Source: Paraphysomonas bandaiensis
Taxonomy: Eukaryota; Protista; Chrysophyceae
Assembly: GCA_965644295.1 (NCBI GenBank)
Contig: CBFFRP010000295.1
Span: 1 to 64,000, forward strand
Reading direction: 5' to 3'
Length of the DNA: 64,000 bases
Part shown: positions 10,588 through 26,881 of the stretch, in pieces
How positions within the stretch are numbered: position 1 is the stretch's first letter
Layout: every line of letters begins with the position of its first letter
The notes under the pieces: generated by a model
The model's input: the letters and a program-made list of their open reading frames with translations, nothing else
What the model was told of the DNA's origin: nothing
Database searches by the model: none
Translations under genes and position numbers: made by a program

Positions 10588-11924
10588 TAATATCAATAGA
10601 AACAATCATGCATAATGTATGAAATTACCTGAAATGTCTTGTAGTGATCTATGATGTGAGTGATCTCTTGTAAGTGTTTAATGTATTGAATGTCTCGTAG
10701 AGTTATTGTCAAGACATGTTTAATTGAGTGGTCGACAAGAAGTGGAAGTGATTTGGAGAAGTCACAAAAATAGTCCGGTTTTGGGGACTAAAAATGTCGA
10801 TATTTTATAATCTTGATATCAAAAACTGTGCACACCAAGCTGTACACAATTAAAAAACTCAGAATATCCAGATTTTTATACTCTCATGCAGGTTTTGGGC
10901 TTTTACCTCTTGTACACAACGCGATATCTACAGTAGATATCTGGATATGCACATAGAGTACTGCTGTATACACTGTGTGCTAGCTAGGTACAGCAGGACA
11001 TGCATGCATGCATGGTTGTATCTGTACATCGGATCCAACAGCAGTGCAAAGATATGCATATGGAGTTATGGATACGATATTAGAGCAACACTGCATGACA
11101 TATAAGGTCTCGAACGTCATTAGACCAATCAGTTGACTCAGCGGATGCTGGTATGCTTCCAGTTGCTCGAGTTCGTTTGTTGGATAGGGAGTCATATGTG
11201 GGCGCTTCTTACTCTACAAGCGTCATATATGTGCAGTGTATAACTGTTGCTAACAACTTTGTGCAGATTAAATCCAATTCACAATCAATCTTTTCTATAT
11301 TACGAAGAGTCGTTCGAGGAGGAGTCGCTGCGTGATAACTCCAAAACTCCAGGCTTCCAGTGTGTCAAGACAGTGAGTAGCATTTCCAAGTTAATACTCT
11401 CTCCGGTGAGAAAATCTATGTAAGATAGTGTGCTTTGTTTCTTCACTATTAGACTGGATGGGCTATATCGCTGTATGTGTCACTATAAGTCAGGGCATTT
11501 TGCAGTTGCTCACAAATTTGTTTACTTACTTAATTCAATAGTGTTCAGTGAATATACAGTAAAGAGATAGAAGTATAATATTACGGCTTAATAAATGTTT
11601 TTACAGATTCAATAATAATTGGTAAACCATAGAGACTTTGATGTCACAACGACATGCCTATTAAATTTAATAGTCTAACAACGTCTTGATTCTAAGTTGA
11701 TCTAAGTAAATTGTGAATGAATGCACAATGCAACCATATATTGTCGCTACAATGAGAAATTATATTATATATTTGAAGTGTGATATATACTAAGGTAAGA
11801 AGAAGTATTCGTAGGTGGACAAAGTGACTCTGATCAATCACATGTATATCATATATTTAATACACTTATACTACTGTGGAGTACACTATATCTAATAGTA
11901 CTAAATTAAATACCACAGCAGAAT

Positions 11925-14900
11925 CTAAGCCAAGCCGAAGCCCTGTGAGTGTTCCAATGCCAGAAGCAATCTTTCACGCAGCTCAGCAACAGATGTATAC
12001 GAAACAGGTAAATCTAAAATATTAAAACAAGTGTGCGCTGCAGGCAGTGCGTTGGCACCCTGACTGGTCGGTTGTATGGTCAATCTACCAACAGTAATGA
12101 GAACACAAAGTAGATATATGTTGGGTTCAGTACCGCATATTTTTTATACCACCAATAGGCACTCTATCTGAAGCGCTGACAAAGAAGAGGAAGCGACGCT
12201 GATCAATGACAGAGAGTGTCCCTAGAGTTTCCTGTAACGGCATCAGTTGAAACCATAGCTGAAAAACAGATTGTCACTAACCCAGAACATGACCACAACA
12301 GGGTGTGTGTCACTGAAAACACCTAGGTATGTAGTATTTTGGCGGAGCATTGTTATATCTCCGACGTCCGGGCTCCCACATATCACATGTTCTATCTGCA
12401 ACGCGAAGTGAACAACAGCACAATTTCGCCATCACGGATGTATTACCTCGGTGTGGGTACAAAGCTCCAACGCAGGAGTATGCAAAACAACTTTCAGACC
12501 AGATATGAAGTCGTGTATAGCAGTTCTGCAGGATCCATGTAGCGCATGTCGCACAAATAGGTCTACAAACTCCTTCCTGTTTCCTCGGTCAACGTATATA
12601 TCCTGTCCGTCTTCCTTGAGATCAATAAACGCGGGACGGCCTATCTGCTCGGTCCCGTTGTCCAGTAAGGGGTTGGCGGATGCTGCAAAGGTTGCCCCAA
12701 AAATATCTGCCAGGGAGCACCCATCTTTATCAAAGTCTAATATGATTTGCAGACTGTTAGCAAGGCCAGAATCTGCCGCCCATAGATCCTCCATGTTCGG
12801 CTATTCAGATGAATAAATTCTTATCAAGTACAAGGCAGGGACGCACTCACCTCTCTTCCATAGAAGAGCTTGTACACTACCGGGACAATGGGGAGATTAA
12901 CTAAAATCCCATTATAACATGCCAACCCCACCAGAATACCCAACAAGAATTCGTCAGGAAACTCCTGTGCGTTCCCTGTAGCATGCATTTCGGTACGAGT
13001 GAACCAGAGTTGCTCGCCATGTATACCACAACTGTGAAGCGTAGGCGAAAATGAAATAAACTCTCGTACCGCCAGAGTTAGTAACTCCTTCGAAAGTCCT
13101 CCCTCATCGACTCCTTCTTCTCCTTCGAACTCCACACTACGCAGACACGACGCAAATTTAAACGGTTGGTATGAAGTGCTGGTACAGTCGCAGTAACTAT
13201 ACCTTAGTGGGAGCAAAAACACAGAAGGATCATCAGAGAGTATCTCGCATATCTTGGAAAGTAGACTTGGTAGCAAACGTTGGCGATCTACGTTTAGATG
13301 CATACCGACCTTAGGGGTTGTTGTATCTTCCCCAAGAGGCGAAAATATAAATACACCGCGAGGCATAGGTCGACCAGTGCTACCTGACTGCAAAACATAT
13401 TTGTTTGCGAATTTTACAACCTGCAAAATAACATAATGGACCCAGAAACGCACAATGAAAACAACGAGAATACCTGCTGCTGCATTTGTTGCCGGAATTC
13501 GGATCTAATAATTTCATTCTTAGCTTCCACTGGAACCAAAAAGGGATAGGAAAAGAAATTGAATACTCTCGATACATCCGTTGTTTTATACTTGTACCAC
13601 TCTGTGTGTATGTTTAAAGCCTTCGATATGGTGACATTATAGAATAGATTTGGAGGCACGATCTTCGCCTCAGAGTTACAGGCAAATAGACTGTCCATCA
13701 CAAGTACCACAGGTGTGGGGTCCAAATTTGTTGCATGACTTTCGAGAGTGAATGATAGATACCCCTGCAAAACAGACAGAATGCGTGCAAAATGCTCCGA
13801 TGGGAAATACTTTAGCCAACCGAAAAACATGACACGGTAGGACTTAGGAATGGCAAGTATGCCCGACACAAGCTATGAAAAAATCAATCACAAACTTCAG
13901 ATATCACTGGATAATGCTTACCCGCTCTAATGCCACATGAAACAGCTCTGGCTTGAGAAGAAGAGGGTTCTCAAGGACTATCAGAAATACGTACAGATTC
14001 TCGGCAGTGTCAAACTGGCAGTCGCGTAGTTGCTCTGTAACTAGTAGCGTAGCTCGTCCAAGTGTATTAAGGATTTTATCGCAGTTGGAAGAGAGTATCA
14101 ATTGATAAGTCTCGCGCACCGCCTGCAGATCAAGCTCTATAGAGGTTCGAACAGACGAGGTGGGTTGCCCCGATGTTAGGATATCGGTAGCTCGCCTCTC
14201 AACACGGAAAGATGCATTCAGCGCAGCAATAGAAGAAAATGACTCCGCCACCATTTCTCGCACTGTCTGAAGCGTGGCTTTGCTTTGGTTGATGGTCCAT
14301 CGCTCTATGGCTAATGCTAGGGCAGCGCGATTTACTGACGGAAGAGATTTCCTACCGGCGTCGCCATGTGACGACAACTGCACGAAACTATGCAACGCGA
14401 GACAATTCGAGTGCACTGTAGTAAATCGCACATTATCCCTGGTGGAGTGAAAAGACAGAAGTGTTGGGCGAGGAGTGCTGTGGAAGTTTCCCAGCCCGCA
14501 TTGTCCACTGGTATTAAGCCCCATCGCATAAACAGCCTCAGTCCTGTCGTCCGGGTCACCTCTCGCCCGACACACCACGAGAGAATGTGCACTTCCACAG
14601 GTTGCGTCAATGACCTGTTTATCCCGCAGACGATCCACAACCACGGGTGATGGGAATGTGCGCCCCCCATTTGAGGAAGCATCAGAGCTTTCCTCGTGGC
14701 CTTGTCCCAGTTGACCGTGGCTGTTGGAACCAAAAGCAAATAGCAGACCCTGAGGGTGGGAAATGGCAAGCGAGTGATGCCCCCCAGCTGACACCTTTAC
14801 ACAAACTGCCGCCTTCAGTGCTCGCACAATTTCTGGCCTAAGCCTATTCTTGCGGTCTCCAAGTCCAAGTTGCCCCTGACTGCGGCGCAGCTTCACATAC

Positions 14901-15644
14901 GCATTCACAAAAGTTGTATAACACATACCTATTTTCTCCCCATGAATAAACATCACCCCCTACCGTTAGAGCAAGAGAATGAGAATGACCACATACGATT
15001 CCAGTAATGGGTCGATGTCGCAGCTCTGAGATAGGTTTCGGTTCACTACTACTCGTGAACTGCCCATCACCGAGCTGCCCGACACGATTCCCTCCCCAAG
15101 CGAGCACATGGCCAGCGCTAGTGAGAGCAATAACATGCTCAGCTCCAGCAGACAACTGAATGATGCGGTGACTGAGTCCTGTGTTAAATCTGGGCTTTTC
15201 TCTTGGCAGCCGATTACCATTACCGAGCTGCCCCAGATCATTCCTACCCCAACTCATCACTCTTCCATCGGACAGAGCCACAACACAATACCCATTCCTA
15301 CACATATCATAGAATAAGCATATTTATCACAATGTTAAGAGATTATTTACATACCCCGCTGCGATATCACAAACACTAAAAGCCTCCAGTGCATCTACGC
15401 GGGAAAAAAGGCTCCTCTTCCCAGTGCGTCCAAGTTCATTTTGATCATTCTCCCCACAGTTCAATAACACACCATCTAATCCAACTATATATGATTGATT
15501 AGATGTTAATGAAAAATTACACACTGTGCAGTTTTTGATACTCTCGACAGCCACTGGGTGACATGCAGCATCATCCCCATAGGCATTGCCCAGTTGACCG
15601 CATCTGTTGTCTCCCATAGCATATATTTCGGTCCATTCGTTCAT
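11925..15644 (-). CDS. RCC1-repeat + HECT E3 ubiquitin ligase (HERC3/4-like), multi-exon
   Basis: RCC1 repeats ([24 protein letters not shown]); HECT motifs [17 protein letters not shown] and [12 protein letters not shown]; C-terminal [14 protein letters not shown]...HSQGFGLA*. Confidence 0.92.
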
Positions 15645-16271
15645 AGGTGATATACTGCATTAAATATAATATGAGATGAGATGATACATACAGTGTTTAC
15701 TTAATGTATGAAGAGACTATATATGCCTGTGATCGAATGGGATCTTCATAGAAGAATCCTATACACTTCGACTTCATATAGTACATCCTTCTATGTACAC
15801 CTACATGTACATACATACTGTACATACATGCATACATACATACATATATACATACATACATATACACTAAAAGGAGACTCCCTCATATTTTCGCAGAAAA
15901 ATATTATTTCAGTTTCTATTTCATTTTTGTCGATTTAAGATACGAATTTATAAAATTTCAGTTGTATAAAAAAAATTAAAATGAACCTTCCTTCCTTCTT
16001 CAAATAAAATATAGTAAAATAACAACGTTCTTTTCGGGAGGAGGATGAGGGGGGGGGATGTTGATATATGACCTTATTATACGTATATATATATAGGGAA
16101 GTTAGATGTGTATGTTTGAAAAGGTCTTTTCTTATTTTTTGTTTTTGTAGTTATATATATAGAAATTTCGTATAGATTATTATTAAGTTTGAGATATAAG
16201 GAACTGATATAGGAACGTTTATCAGTTCATTGTGATACCATTTCCCTGTTGTTGATTAATAAGAATTGCTA

Positions 16272-18503
<2,232 letters not shown>

Positions 18504-20507
18504 TCCGTGTATAATAGCAATGGTTGTATGTTATGACGTTTAGGCATGGTAGTTGTAGAGGTAGTTGCACTCTGGTGGTGCATATTTATGTAGATTTATT
18601 TTGCTGCGGGTTTGAATGTTATACACTTCATATATATACCCTTTATGATGATCTTATACTGTGTTGTTCCTGGTAATAATCAATATGATTATCGGTTTTA
18701 CTTCACCACAACATTAGTTATTAAATACCGTCTTATTTGGTTGATACGCATCATACCTTTGTCCATTTGAAATAACTTCCAAAATACTGAAACTGGTAGA
18801 CTAGACAACTACTGTAGGATGTCTGGTATATCAACATTCTGCTTGCTCACTGCGTTTGCTTAGAGTGATAGAGCGAAAGTGGTTGCCCCTTGGTGCTTGC
18901 GGTAAAATAATAGGATGTCAGAGTTAATCTCTAGTAGTTAGTTAAATTGCAAAAAAACAAATTAGTTCTATATTTAAAATGTATATTGCTAATAATAAGA
19001 CATTCACTACTTGCTGTTGATAATTAATGAGCAATGATTTCACAAAGTAGCTGTAGAGTTTTAGGAACATTTTTTATCGTGTTGGAGATTAGAAGAGATG
19101 GGAGATAGATTAAAACACGTAATTCGTAATTCTATAGAGCATATATCAAACTTCATTAAAAGCCATTAATGACCTGTTAATGGGTGTCAATTTTTCCGCG
19201 ATTAAAACGGGCGTTAATTAAAAATTCCCGCAGATATAATAGACTAAAGATTACTGTGCTCACTGTTGTTTCGTCTCACTGCATTCTACATTGAGTGGGA
19301 GTATTAGAATAATATGGATTATATTCTAGCATATTCAGTGTGGCACTTGAAGACAACGTACGAAAATACAGTGAAATATGGTGATGTACAAATGCTGTGA
19401 TGATATTGAGAAATTTAAAGAGTTTGATCTTTCAGAAGATTATGCGTGGAGCAAAAGGAGATTGTGTTGTTTATCATATTTTCGTGTAACGATATTAATT
19501 AATCTATCTAGTCTAACGACTAATTCTCTCTCTCTCAGATCTACAGTTAAGAATGAGCAATTTCCAACATAGACATCTGTGGAATGCAAGTACAGTTGAA
19601 GATGCTATTCTACTTGCAATGAGTAGCTAATTAAATTAAACAATATAATTGACAATTAAATTGCAATAATAATTTCGGGAGCTATCAGGCCCAGTCAACA
19701 AAAATAATATTGCAAGCAACAATAAATAATAATAATAATAATACTTTCAAGACCAATAATAATTACTAAATATATTGCAATATATATAAAAGAAGAAATG
19801 AATTCGATTGGTAGTAACTAGTTAGTAGAGGTTACAACATACATAATGATGAACACCTAATAACAATGCAGAAACTAGTACTCTAAAAGTGTTCCTATTC
19901 TACGTCACTGTCGTCCTCATTCTTAGTATCTATTACAGATACAAAGAAAAACATTTTTGTATGAGGATGACAGCATCAATTTAAACAGCTTGGAGTTTAC
20001 TATTTGGTGAATAGCTTGACAGAAACAGTACGATTTGTAATATTGGACATGAATAATTAATTGTGTTCTTCGTTGCAGGTAGTTATCATAATATTTCGAT
20101 GTTATAATAGTAGTTGAGTTATGTGATATTAAGAGTCGTTTATGATTAATCAAGTATAGTTTCTAAGACACACTAGCATATGAGCAATATATCCATATAT
20201 TGCAATATTGAATACCAGGGCTTCGTTTCAATTAATTGTCAATTAATTGACGCAGGTTGTGGTCAATTATAATTGCAATTATTACTTGCTGTCTCAACTG
20301 CAATTAATTGCAATTATTTAGTACTAAAATACACTAGCTGCGAATATAGCTACCTCAACTGTCATTTCATTCCTAGGCAACGATTCATGCGGAAGATCAT
20401 AATTAGCACTAAATGTTGAGGAGCCAAGCTCTTGCGCAAGCCCGTCATAACAATCGTAGCTCTACTGAACAACCCCTCAACCTTATTGGTTGTGCTATGC
20501 AAGCGTT

Positions 20508-20798
20508 TCATCCGAAACGAGTTTGCTGGTTAAGTCTTGCTCGCTTCCGCTGCCAGCTACCATCAAACAAACGTTGCGCTGCGTCGCCATTCGGAGCTAG
20601 ACTCGCACCGTCATAATCTTCTTCTTCCTCATCGAACAAATATATTTTAGTTTGATCCTTTGCCGTCCGAGTTACGGCTTCGTTGCCGCATTGAATCTTC
20701 AAGACTGTCTTTTCGAAAGCAGCATTATGAATAATAGCAGCACTGTCGCCCAGATGACGCTCAACAATCGGGTGCAATATGATGAGTTCATCAAGCAA
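20508..20798 (-). pseudogene. hAT transposase C-terminal remnant
   Basis: LDELIILHPIVERHLGDSAAIIHNAAFEKTVLKIQ resembles protist hAT transposases; lies inside a TIR/TSD-bounded element. Confidence 0.55.
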
Positions 20799-20964
20799 TG
20801 TACAAACGTCGTGGAAGTCAAGCTGGTGTTAACCTTACTTATGTAATTGTACTACACTTATTTATATAATACAGGGCATAATGTGACCACGTGGCATTTC
20901 CCATGCCCTATCTACGTGGCTATAGTATCACACTATTGAGTCACATGCATGGTTACATTGACTT

Positions 20965-21078
20965 TTAGGACGCTATGTTGGTTTAGGACCCTTTATCAGG
21001 ACCCCATGTCGGGACCCTATGTCAGGACCCTATGTCAGGACCCTATATATCGCTTCAGGACCTTTATAATGTTCAGGA
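20965..21078. repeat. Short tandem repeats of about 13 bp (AGGACCCTATGTC)
   Basis: About 7 degenerate copies read directly. Confidence 0.75.
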
Positions 21079-21546
21079 TACACTTTATGCAACACCACTT
21101 GGAGACTGATAATGTACCACAGTGTACCTATCTATATACTGAACCAACGTCAGGTATGATGTCCAATTTTTTAATCTGCTGATGATGTGAAAAAGTTCTG
21201 TGGGCGCTGTAGCAGTTGCAGTGTATACTTCCATCTTCCATATGAATACCTGCACGTACATGTGACCATCAACGCTATTTATATACTTGAGGTGCACGAG
21301 TATTTATGCAAGAGGCTTATTGGGTATGCGTACTATACGTACCGTATTTGGTGTATATCCTGGATGATGCGGTACGCCAAAAACTGTAGACTATGATTCT
21401 GTGGGTTGTTTTAGGTAGGATATAGATATGTAGTATACGAGTATACGGTGTACTCTCGGTATATGGTGGTGACTTACTCCCTATCAGGTTGCTGTGTATT
21501 TTTCAGTTTCGATTGTTACACACATCCTGTGGAGTTGTGATGATAC

Positions 21547-21743
21547 CACGGAGACGTTTTTTGACAAAGTGGACCAGCCCTCCACTTGTCGGACTGTATT
21601 TGGTCCCACTCGAAATAAAAAAATTGTGGTCATTTTGACCACAATTTCAAAGCTCTACACTCATATTCCATACGAAAAAACACAATACAAAAAAATAAAG
21701 TGGGACCAGACTGGTCCGCTTTGTCGAAAAAAGTCTCCACGTG
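21547..21743. mobile_element. MITE with CAC...GTG ends
   Basis: Imperfect TIR of about 31 bp: CACGGAGACGTTTTTTGACAAAGTGGACCAG / CTGGTCCGCTTTGTCGAAAAAAGTCTCCACGTG. Confidence 0.65.
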
Positions 21744-21786
21744 TGTTGTACCATGTTAGAAGTGTGTGTGTGCATATATGCTTCTC

Positions 21787-22172
21787 TGGTGTTTATCACT
21801 TTGTTTTTAAGTTAGACCAAAGCTTGGTGCCAGCGAACTTAGGTACTGTGGTATACTATACTACTGCGCGGTGGCTCTTTGCGGAGTCACTAACCGAGTT
21901 TAGATCTAGACTTGGATATGATATATAATAATAATACCGTTTTCACTGTGCTTGGTTCAGTGTAGGTGTGGTTGCATTGTTTACGAGCCAACACCTACAC
22001 TGAACCAAAGCACAGTGAAAACGGTATTATTATATATCTTATCTAAGTTTAGACCTAAACTCGGTTAGTGACTCCGCAAAGAGCCACCGCGCAGTAGTAT
22101 AGTATACCGCTAGTACCCAAGTTCGCTGGCACCAAGCTTTGGTCTAACTTAAAAACAAAGTGATAAACACCA
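21787..22172. repeat. Long foldback inverted repeat (arms of about 185 bp, short loop)
   Basis: TGGTGTTTATCACTTTG...GTGTAGGTGT mirrored by ACACCTACAC...CAAAGTGATAAACACCA, with few mismatches. Confidence 0.93.
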
Positions 22173-23180
22173 TACATATATATAACCTGTATATAGGTGG
22201 ATAGTCCTACAATTAGACTTTTAACACGTCGGAACCAAACTCAAATGATCACATATGATTAGATAGAAGCAAGTAGCGATCGATCACGGAAAATGTGGAG
22301 CCCCTTTTCCTGCAGGACAAATCTCTATCGCATCCTCTTCGTTGTTATTATCATCATTTACTTTCTCAAATAACACTCCTGCAATGACTTCTGGTGCCAA
22401 TTTGTCGCTCCTATCGCTAATTAATTAAATGAATTACTATGTGAGATAAACCTATGAATATTATAGTCTTTCACCAATCTTCGATTTTTAGGATCCTAAA
22501 AATTGGATTTTTTCACTAATAATGCCGTTTTATAACAACCTTTCAGCATAAAAAGGTGGGTTTAATTGAAAATTAATTGCAATTAATTGACAAATAATTG
22601 AAGCTAGCTGGAGTCAATTGTAATTGCAATTATGAATCGATGCCCCAATTTCAATAATTGACAATTAATTGATACGCAGCCCTGTTGAATACTAAATACT
22701 ATATTGCGAGTCCAAATTTTGCTAAAATAATAGATTATAGCAAGCAAGAATAAACAATTGTAATATTCCAACCCAATATATTTATTACTGGACCAGAGAG
22801 CTATAACTAATAATTACAATTTAATTGCTGAAACAATCAAATTGCAATTAATTGTCGTTGCGCAGCCCTGCTGATAATAGATAATAGTATATACTGTGTT
22901 ACGTATATATTGTAATTATGGTATGCACATTATGGATATGGATCCAATTTCTGATAGGTGTTGTCGAAACAAGTGATCACAGTGAAAGACCATGCTTGAG
23001 TCGTATCTATGTATATATAAGCAGTGCAAAATTCAATACAAAATTATCATTATAATAATTGCTACTTTGGTTTGCAAGACATTCACACAATTTCGGAGAA
23101 CATCTCTATTGCCTATTGTAATACATATGTAACGACAACTTCACAACAATTTTCCCAAACCATATCAGACGTTGACCACC

Positions 23181-25254
23181 TCACTTATGATCATCCCCCA
23201 TTATTTCATCAATATGCGACCGCAATTCCGATAGCTCTGGTAATTCCCAAAATATAATATCTCCAAATGCCCCCACAGATACAATTTGGGATAAATCTGG
23301 GCTTATTTTAACAGCTTTAACTCCACCACTGTGACCTCTTCCAACGGCAGCTGGGATGCCATCGTCGTAGTGCCAAACTTTCACGAGCTTATCCTCACTG
23401 CCAGAAATGAAAAACTCTCCTTCAGGTTCCACATCAAGAGTGGTCATAACTGCATCTCCGCCCTCAATAACTCGAATGGCCTGGCCGTCGACTGCGTCCC
23501 AATAGGATAGCTTGAAGTTGGACCCACAGGTTAGCATTTGCGACTCATCAGGGTGGAAAAATACGCTTGTGAAGACAGTAGGTTCGAAAAAGGCAGTTAT
23601 GCGTACATATCGCTCAAGGTCCCAAACAATACAGCTGCCATCTGAAGAAGCGGATATGCACTGACTACCATCTCTGTTAACTTTAAGGCAATTAATGGCG
23701 CCTCTGTGTTCTTTCAGCGAGGCTACCAGGGTCTGATGAGAGCTGTGAACGTTCCATATTCTGACCTTCCCCTCTGCTCCACCTGACACCATGCGCCATG
23801 GGGAATATGAATCATTATCACACAACGCAATTGCTGTAACTTTCTCTGAGTGGGCATCGGGAATGACGAACTTCATTCGTCCGGTTTCAGGATAAAAGGC
23901 ACGGATCCGACCATCGTTCCACCCACTTACCAGAGAGCTTCCTGTTGGAGTCACCTGACAGCACAGACACTCCAGGTTCGGTACTTGAATACGCAAAAGC
24001 TCTTGTCTAATGCGAACATTCCATATTCTTATATCTCCAACACTGGAAGTAACAATTAGGTCGGGGCATCCCTCAGGAAATGAAATGTCATTGATTGGGC
24101 CGTGGTGGCAGGACATTTTGAGCTCTACGTGACTGAGATCGGCAGACATGAGATATTTGTTGCAGAGGTCAGTACCAGCGATTATCTCATTTTTGGAGGG
24201 AGAAAGCGAGAGAGACTTCACTGCACCCATTAGTTCCGCCTTTCGCGAGGTCACAACATTCATAGAGTTGTTGAGATAAGTAACAGTGCCATCTCCGGCT
24301 CCAACAAGGATATTTGTGTTCCCAGTGTTTTCATTAAGAACACAGCAAATGGATCGAACACCCTTAGCAAACCGGTGTTTCGTACAAGCAACCATTGTTG
24401 GACATGTTGTATCAGGGTCATTGGGTGAATGAATATCGTTCCGATCAATTTTGACCTTGATAACATCACCAGTGTGTGTGCCAAAAAACGCGAAGTGGTC
24501 ATCATCGCTGATCGACAAGCACTGCATAACTCGACGAAGTTGTCCCATTTTAACATCCATCGCATGAAGCTTCGGCAACGAGAAATCAACCTGCCATACT
24601 CTGCAATTATAATGGCCAGCGGTGACAATGCGGTCGTTCCTTCCATGTAGCCACATTACACAGAGTGCAGAGTCAGGAGCAGCAGGCGAGCCACATAGAG
24701 CTTCGCCATCAGAAACACGCCACACAACCAATGCATTGTCATCTGGGCCACCTAATGTACATAAAAAATCGCTATCTCTGGAGAAGCCTATATCCTGAAC
24801 TTTGCCCAAGTGTTGCTTCAGTTTACGAATTATGCATGCATCCCCAATCATTACTCCCCCTGACACACACTGCTTTTTCGCCTCATCGAAATCCCAAATA
24901 ATTACATCAGCCTGATAATAAATGAGAAAAGCGAACACGCATGAACAAAAAACACACCTTCACGCCTGCAAAATTTTTCTGACCAGAAGCCAACGTTCGA
25001 CCATCTCGAGAAATTCGTACACATGTGATTTCATGGGTATGTCCATCTAAGAACGACTCCTTATCAGTCTTAACATTCTTAACAACAACCAATGAGCCGA
25101 GAGCATAAACTAGAAAACGCCCACAAGGCGAATACTGCAATGCACTAGGGACACTCCCTGATTATAAACTCTGTTATAATAGACTTCCAATTTGCATGAA
25201 ATCATTACCACTGAATCCAATCACAGATTTTATTTTCAGCTCCAGAGGATTCAT
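23181..25254 (-). CDS. CFAP52: Cilia- and flagella-associated protein 52 (WDR16)
   Basis: LKIKSVIGFSG; DIRIWNVRIRQELLRIQVPNLEC; SGWNDGRIRAFYPETGR; SASSDGSCIVWDL; FHPDESQMLTCGS; multi-exon. Confidence 0.93.
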
Positions 25255-25742
25255 TGTATCTTAATTCAGCTGATGACAATCCACTTATTGTTACGGACGT
25301 CTCCTACCCAGGCTATTACTTACAAGTTTTATATTAATGATCCTTTGAATAGGCAGCTTAAGCTGTGAGGTTCTAGACTTGACATGTTCAATTTTACAGT
25401 TACGCAGTTTGCAACCGCTACTGTATCTTGTAAGGTCGCCATTTTTTTCAGGCCTAAAAAAATATTTTAAGAAATAGAAATATCAAGAAAAAAATTGGAG
25501 GAGTATCCTGTAGGGAACCCGCTGAAAAAGCATCTCCAGCTAGTGTATAGTGTGCAGTGTACAGGGCCCCACACATGCTGTATAATTATTCCATATACGG
25601 TATTTTTCATACCTAAGCTATCGAGAAGGATCTATGATCTGCACTTGTATTATCTGCCACATATTACTACCATACATATATACGGCAGTCTCTCCATATT
25701 ATACCAGAAATCTGACGTCACCTCAGCGTACATCTTGATATC

Positions 25743-26881
25743 ATGTTCAGCACTCGTCCTCTTGCTAAGAAGTTGGCATCTAATGCCGTGAGAAACTACA
25801 AGGTAGCTGTGGTTGGAGCAAGTGGTGGAATCGGTAAGATAATATATATACATCAGATATGTTACATATTCGCTTACTTGAGTGAACAGGCCAACCCCTT
25901 TCCCTCCTTCTCAAGCTCGACCAGAATGTGACCCAGTTGTCTTTGTACGATGTCGTCAACACCCCTGGCGTTGCTGCTGATATTGGACATGTGTGCACTC
26001 CTGCAAAGACAAAGGGATACGTTGGCCCTGACCAAATCCACCAGGCGTTGGAAGGTAGTGACGTGGTTGTCATTCCCGCTGGAGTCCCCAGAAAGCCTGG
26101 AATGACCCGCGATGACCTGTTCAACACAAATGCTAGTATTGTGCAGAGTATCGCTGAGGCCTCCGCCAAGGCTTGCCCCAATGCCATGTTCCTTATTATC
26201 TCCAACCCTGTGAACTCCACCGTTCCTATTTTTGCCGAAACCCTCAAGAAGAGTGGTGTGTACAACAAGAAGCGTGTTTTTGGTGTTACCTCCCTTGATG
26301 TTGTTCGCGCCAATGCATTTGTTGCTGAGAACCAGAACTTCGATGTGAACAAAATGAACGTTCCAGTGATTGGCGGCCACGCGGGTACCACCATCCTTCC
26401 CCTTCTCTCCCAGGTCCCTGGCGCCAAGTTCAGCGATGACGATATTGCCAAGCTTACTCACAGAATTCAGGTTAGGATATACACTTGTTGTTAATAATTG
26501 TTCAACGTGATACTCGTAGTTCGGAGGTGATGAGGTTGTTGAAGCCAAGGCCGGTGCTGGATCTGCCACTCTTTCCATGGTATGAACTTATATATTTTTG
26601 TATGGTTGGTAATATCTATGTAGGCATACGCTGGTAAATTCTTCGCTAGCCGCCTTATGTCCGCCATGTCCGGTGAGAAGGATGTTATTGAGTGCACCTT
26701 TGTTGAGAACGACCTTACTTCCGCACCCTACTTCTCCACTAAGGTGCGCCTCGGCCCTAACGGTGCAGAGGAGGTTCTCCCATTCGGTCCTCTGAGTGCC
26801 TTCGAACAGGAGGGTCTCGATAAACTTGTTCCCGACCTCATCGTTCAGGCCAACAAGGGCATCAGCTTCGCCAACAAGTAG
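25743..26881 (+). CDS. MDH2: Mitochondrial malate dehydrogenase, 4 exons
   Basis: Presequence; [20 protein letters not shown]; [20 protein letters not shown]; [11 protein letters not shown]; [15 protein letters not shown]; [15 protein letters not shown]. Confidence 0.97.

Larger units (their letters stand above)
20216..22684. mobile_element. Non-autonomous hAT DNA transposon
   Basis: TIRs CAGGGCTTCGTTTCAATTAATTGTCAATT / AATTGACAATTAATTGATACGCAGCCCTG; 8-bp TSD TTGAATAC at 20208-20215 and 22685-22692. Confidence 0.88.
19630..22870. mobile_element. Older, degenerate hAT-like element hosting the 20216-22684 insertion (left end uncertain)
   Basis: Right TIR ...GCGCAGCCCTG ends at 22870; AATTGCAAT-type subterminal motifs at both sides; left TIR not found. 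Confidence 0.4.

Noticed and set aside
10980-11500. Short ORFs or possible gene remnant
   Set aside because: No recognisable motifs or consistent exon chain.
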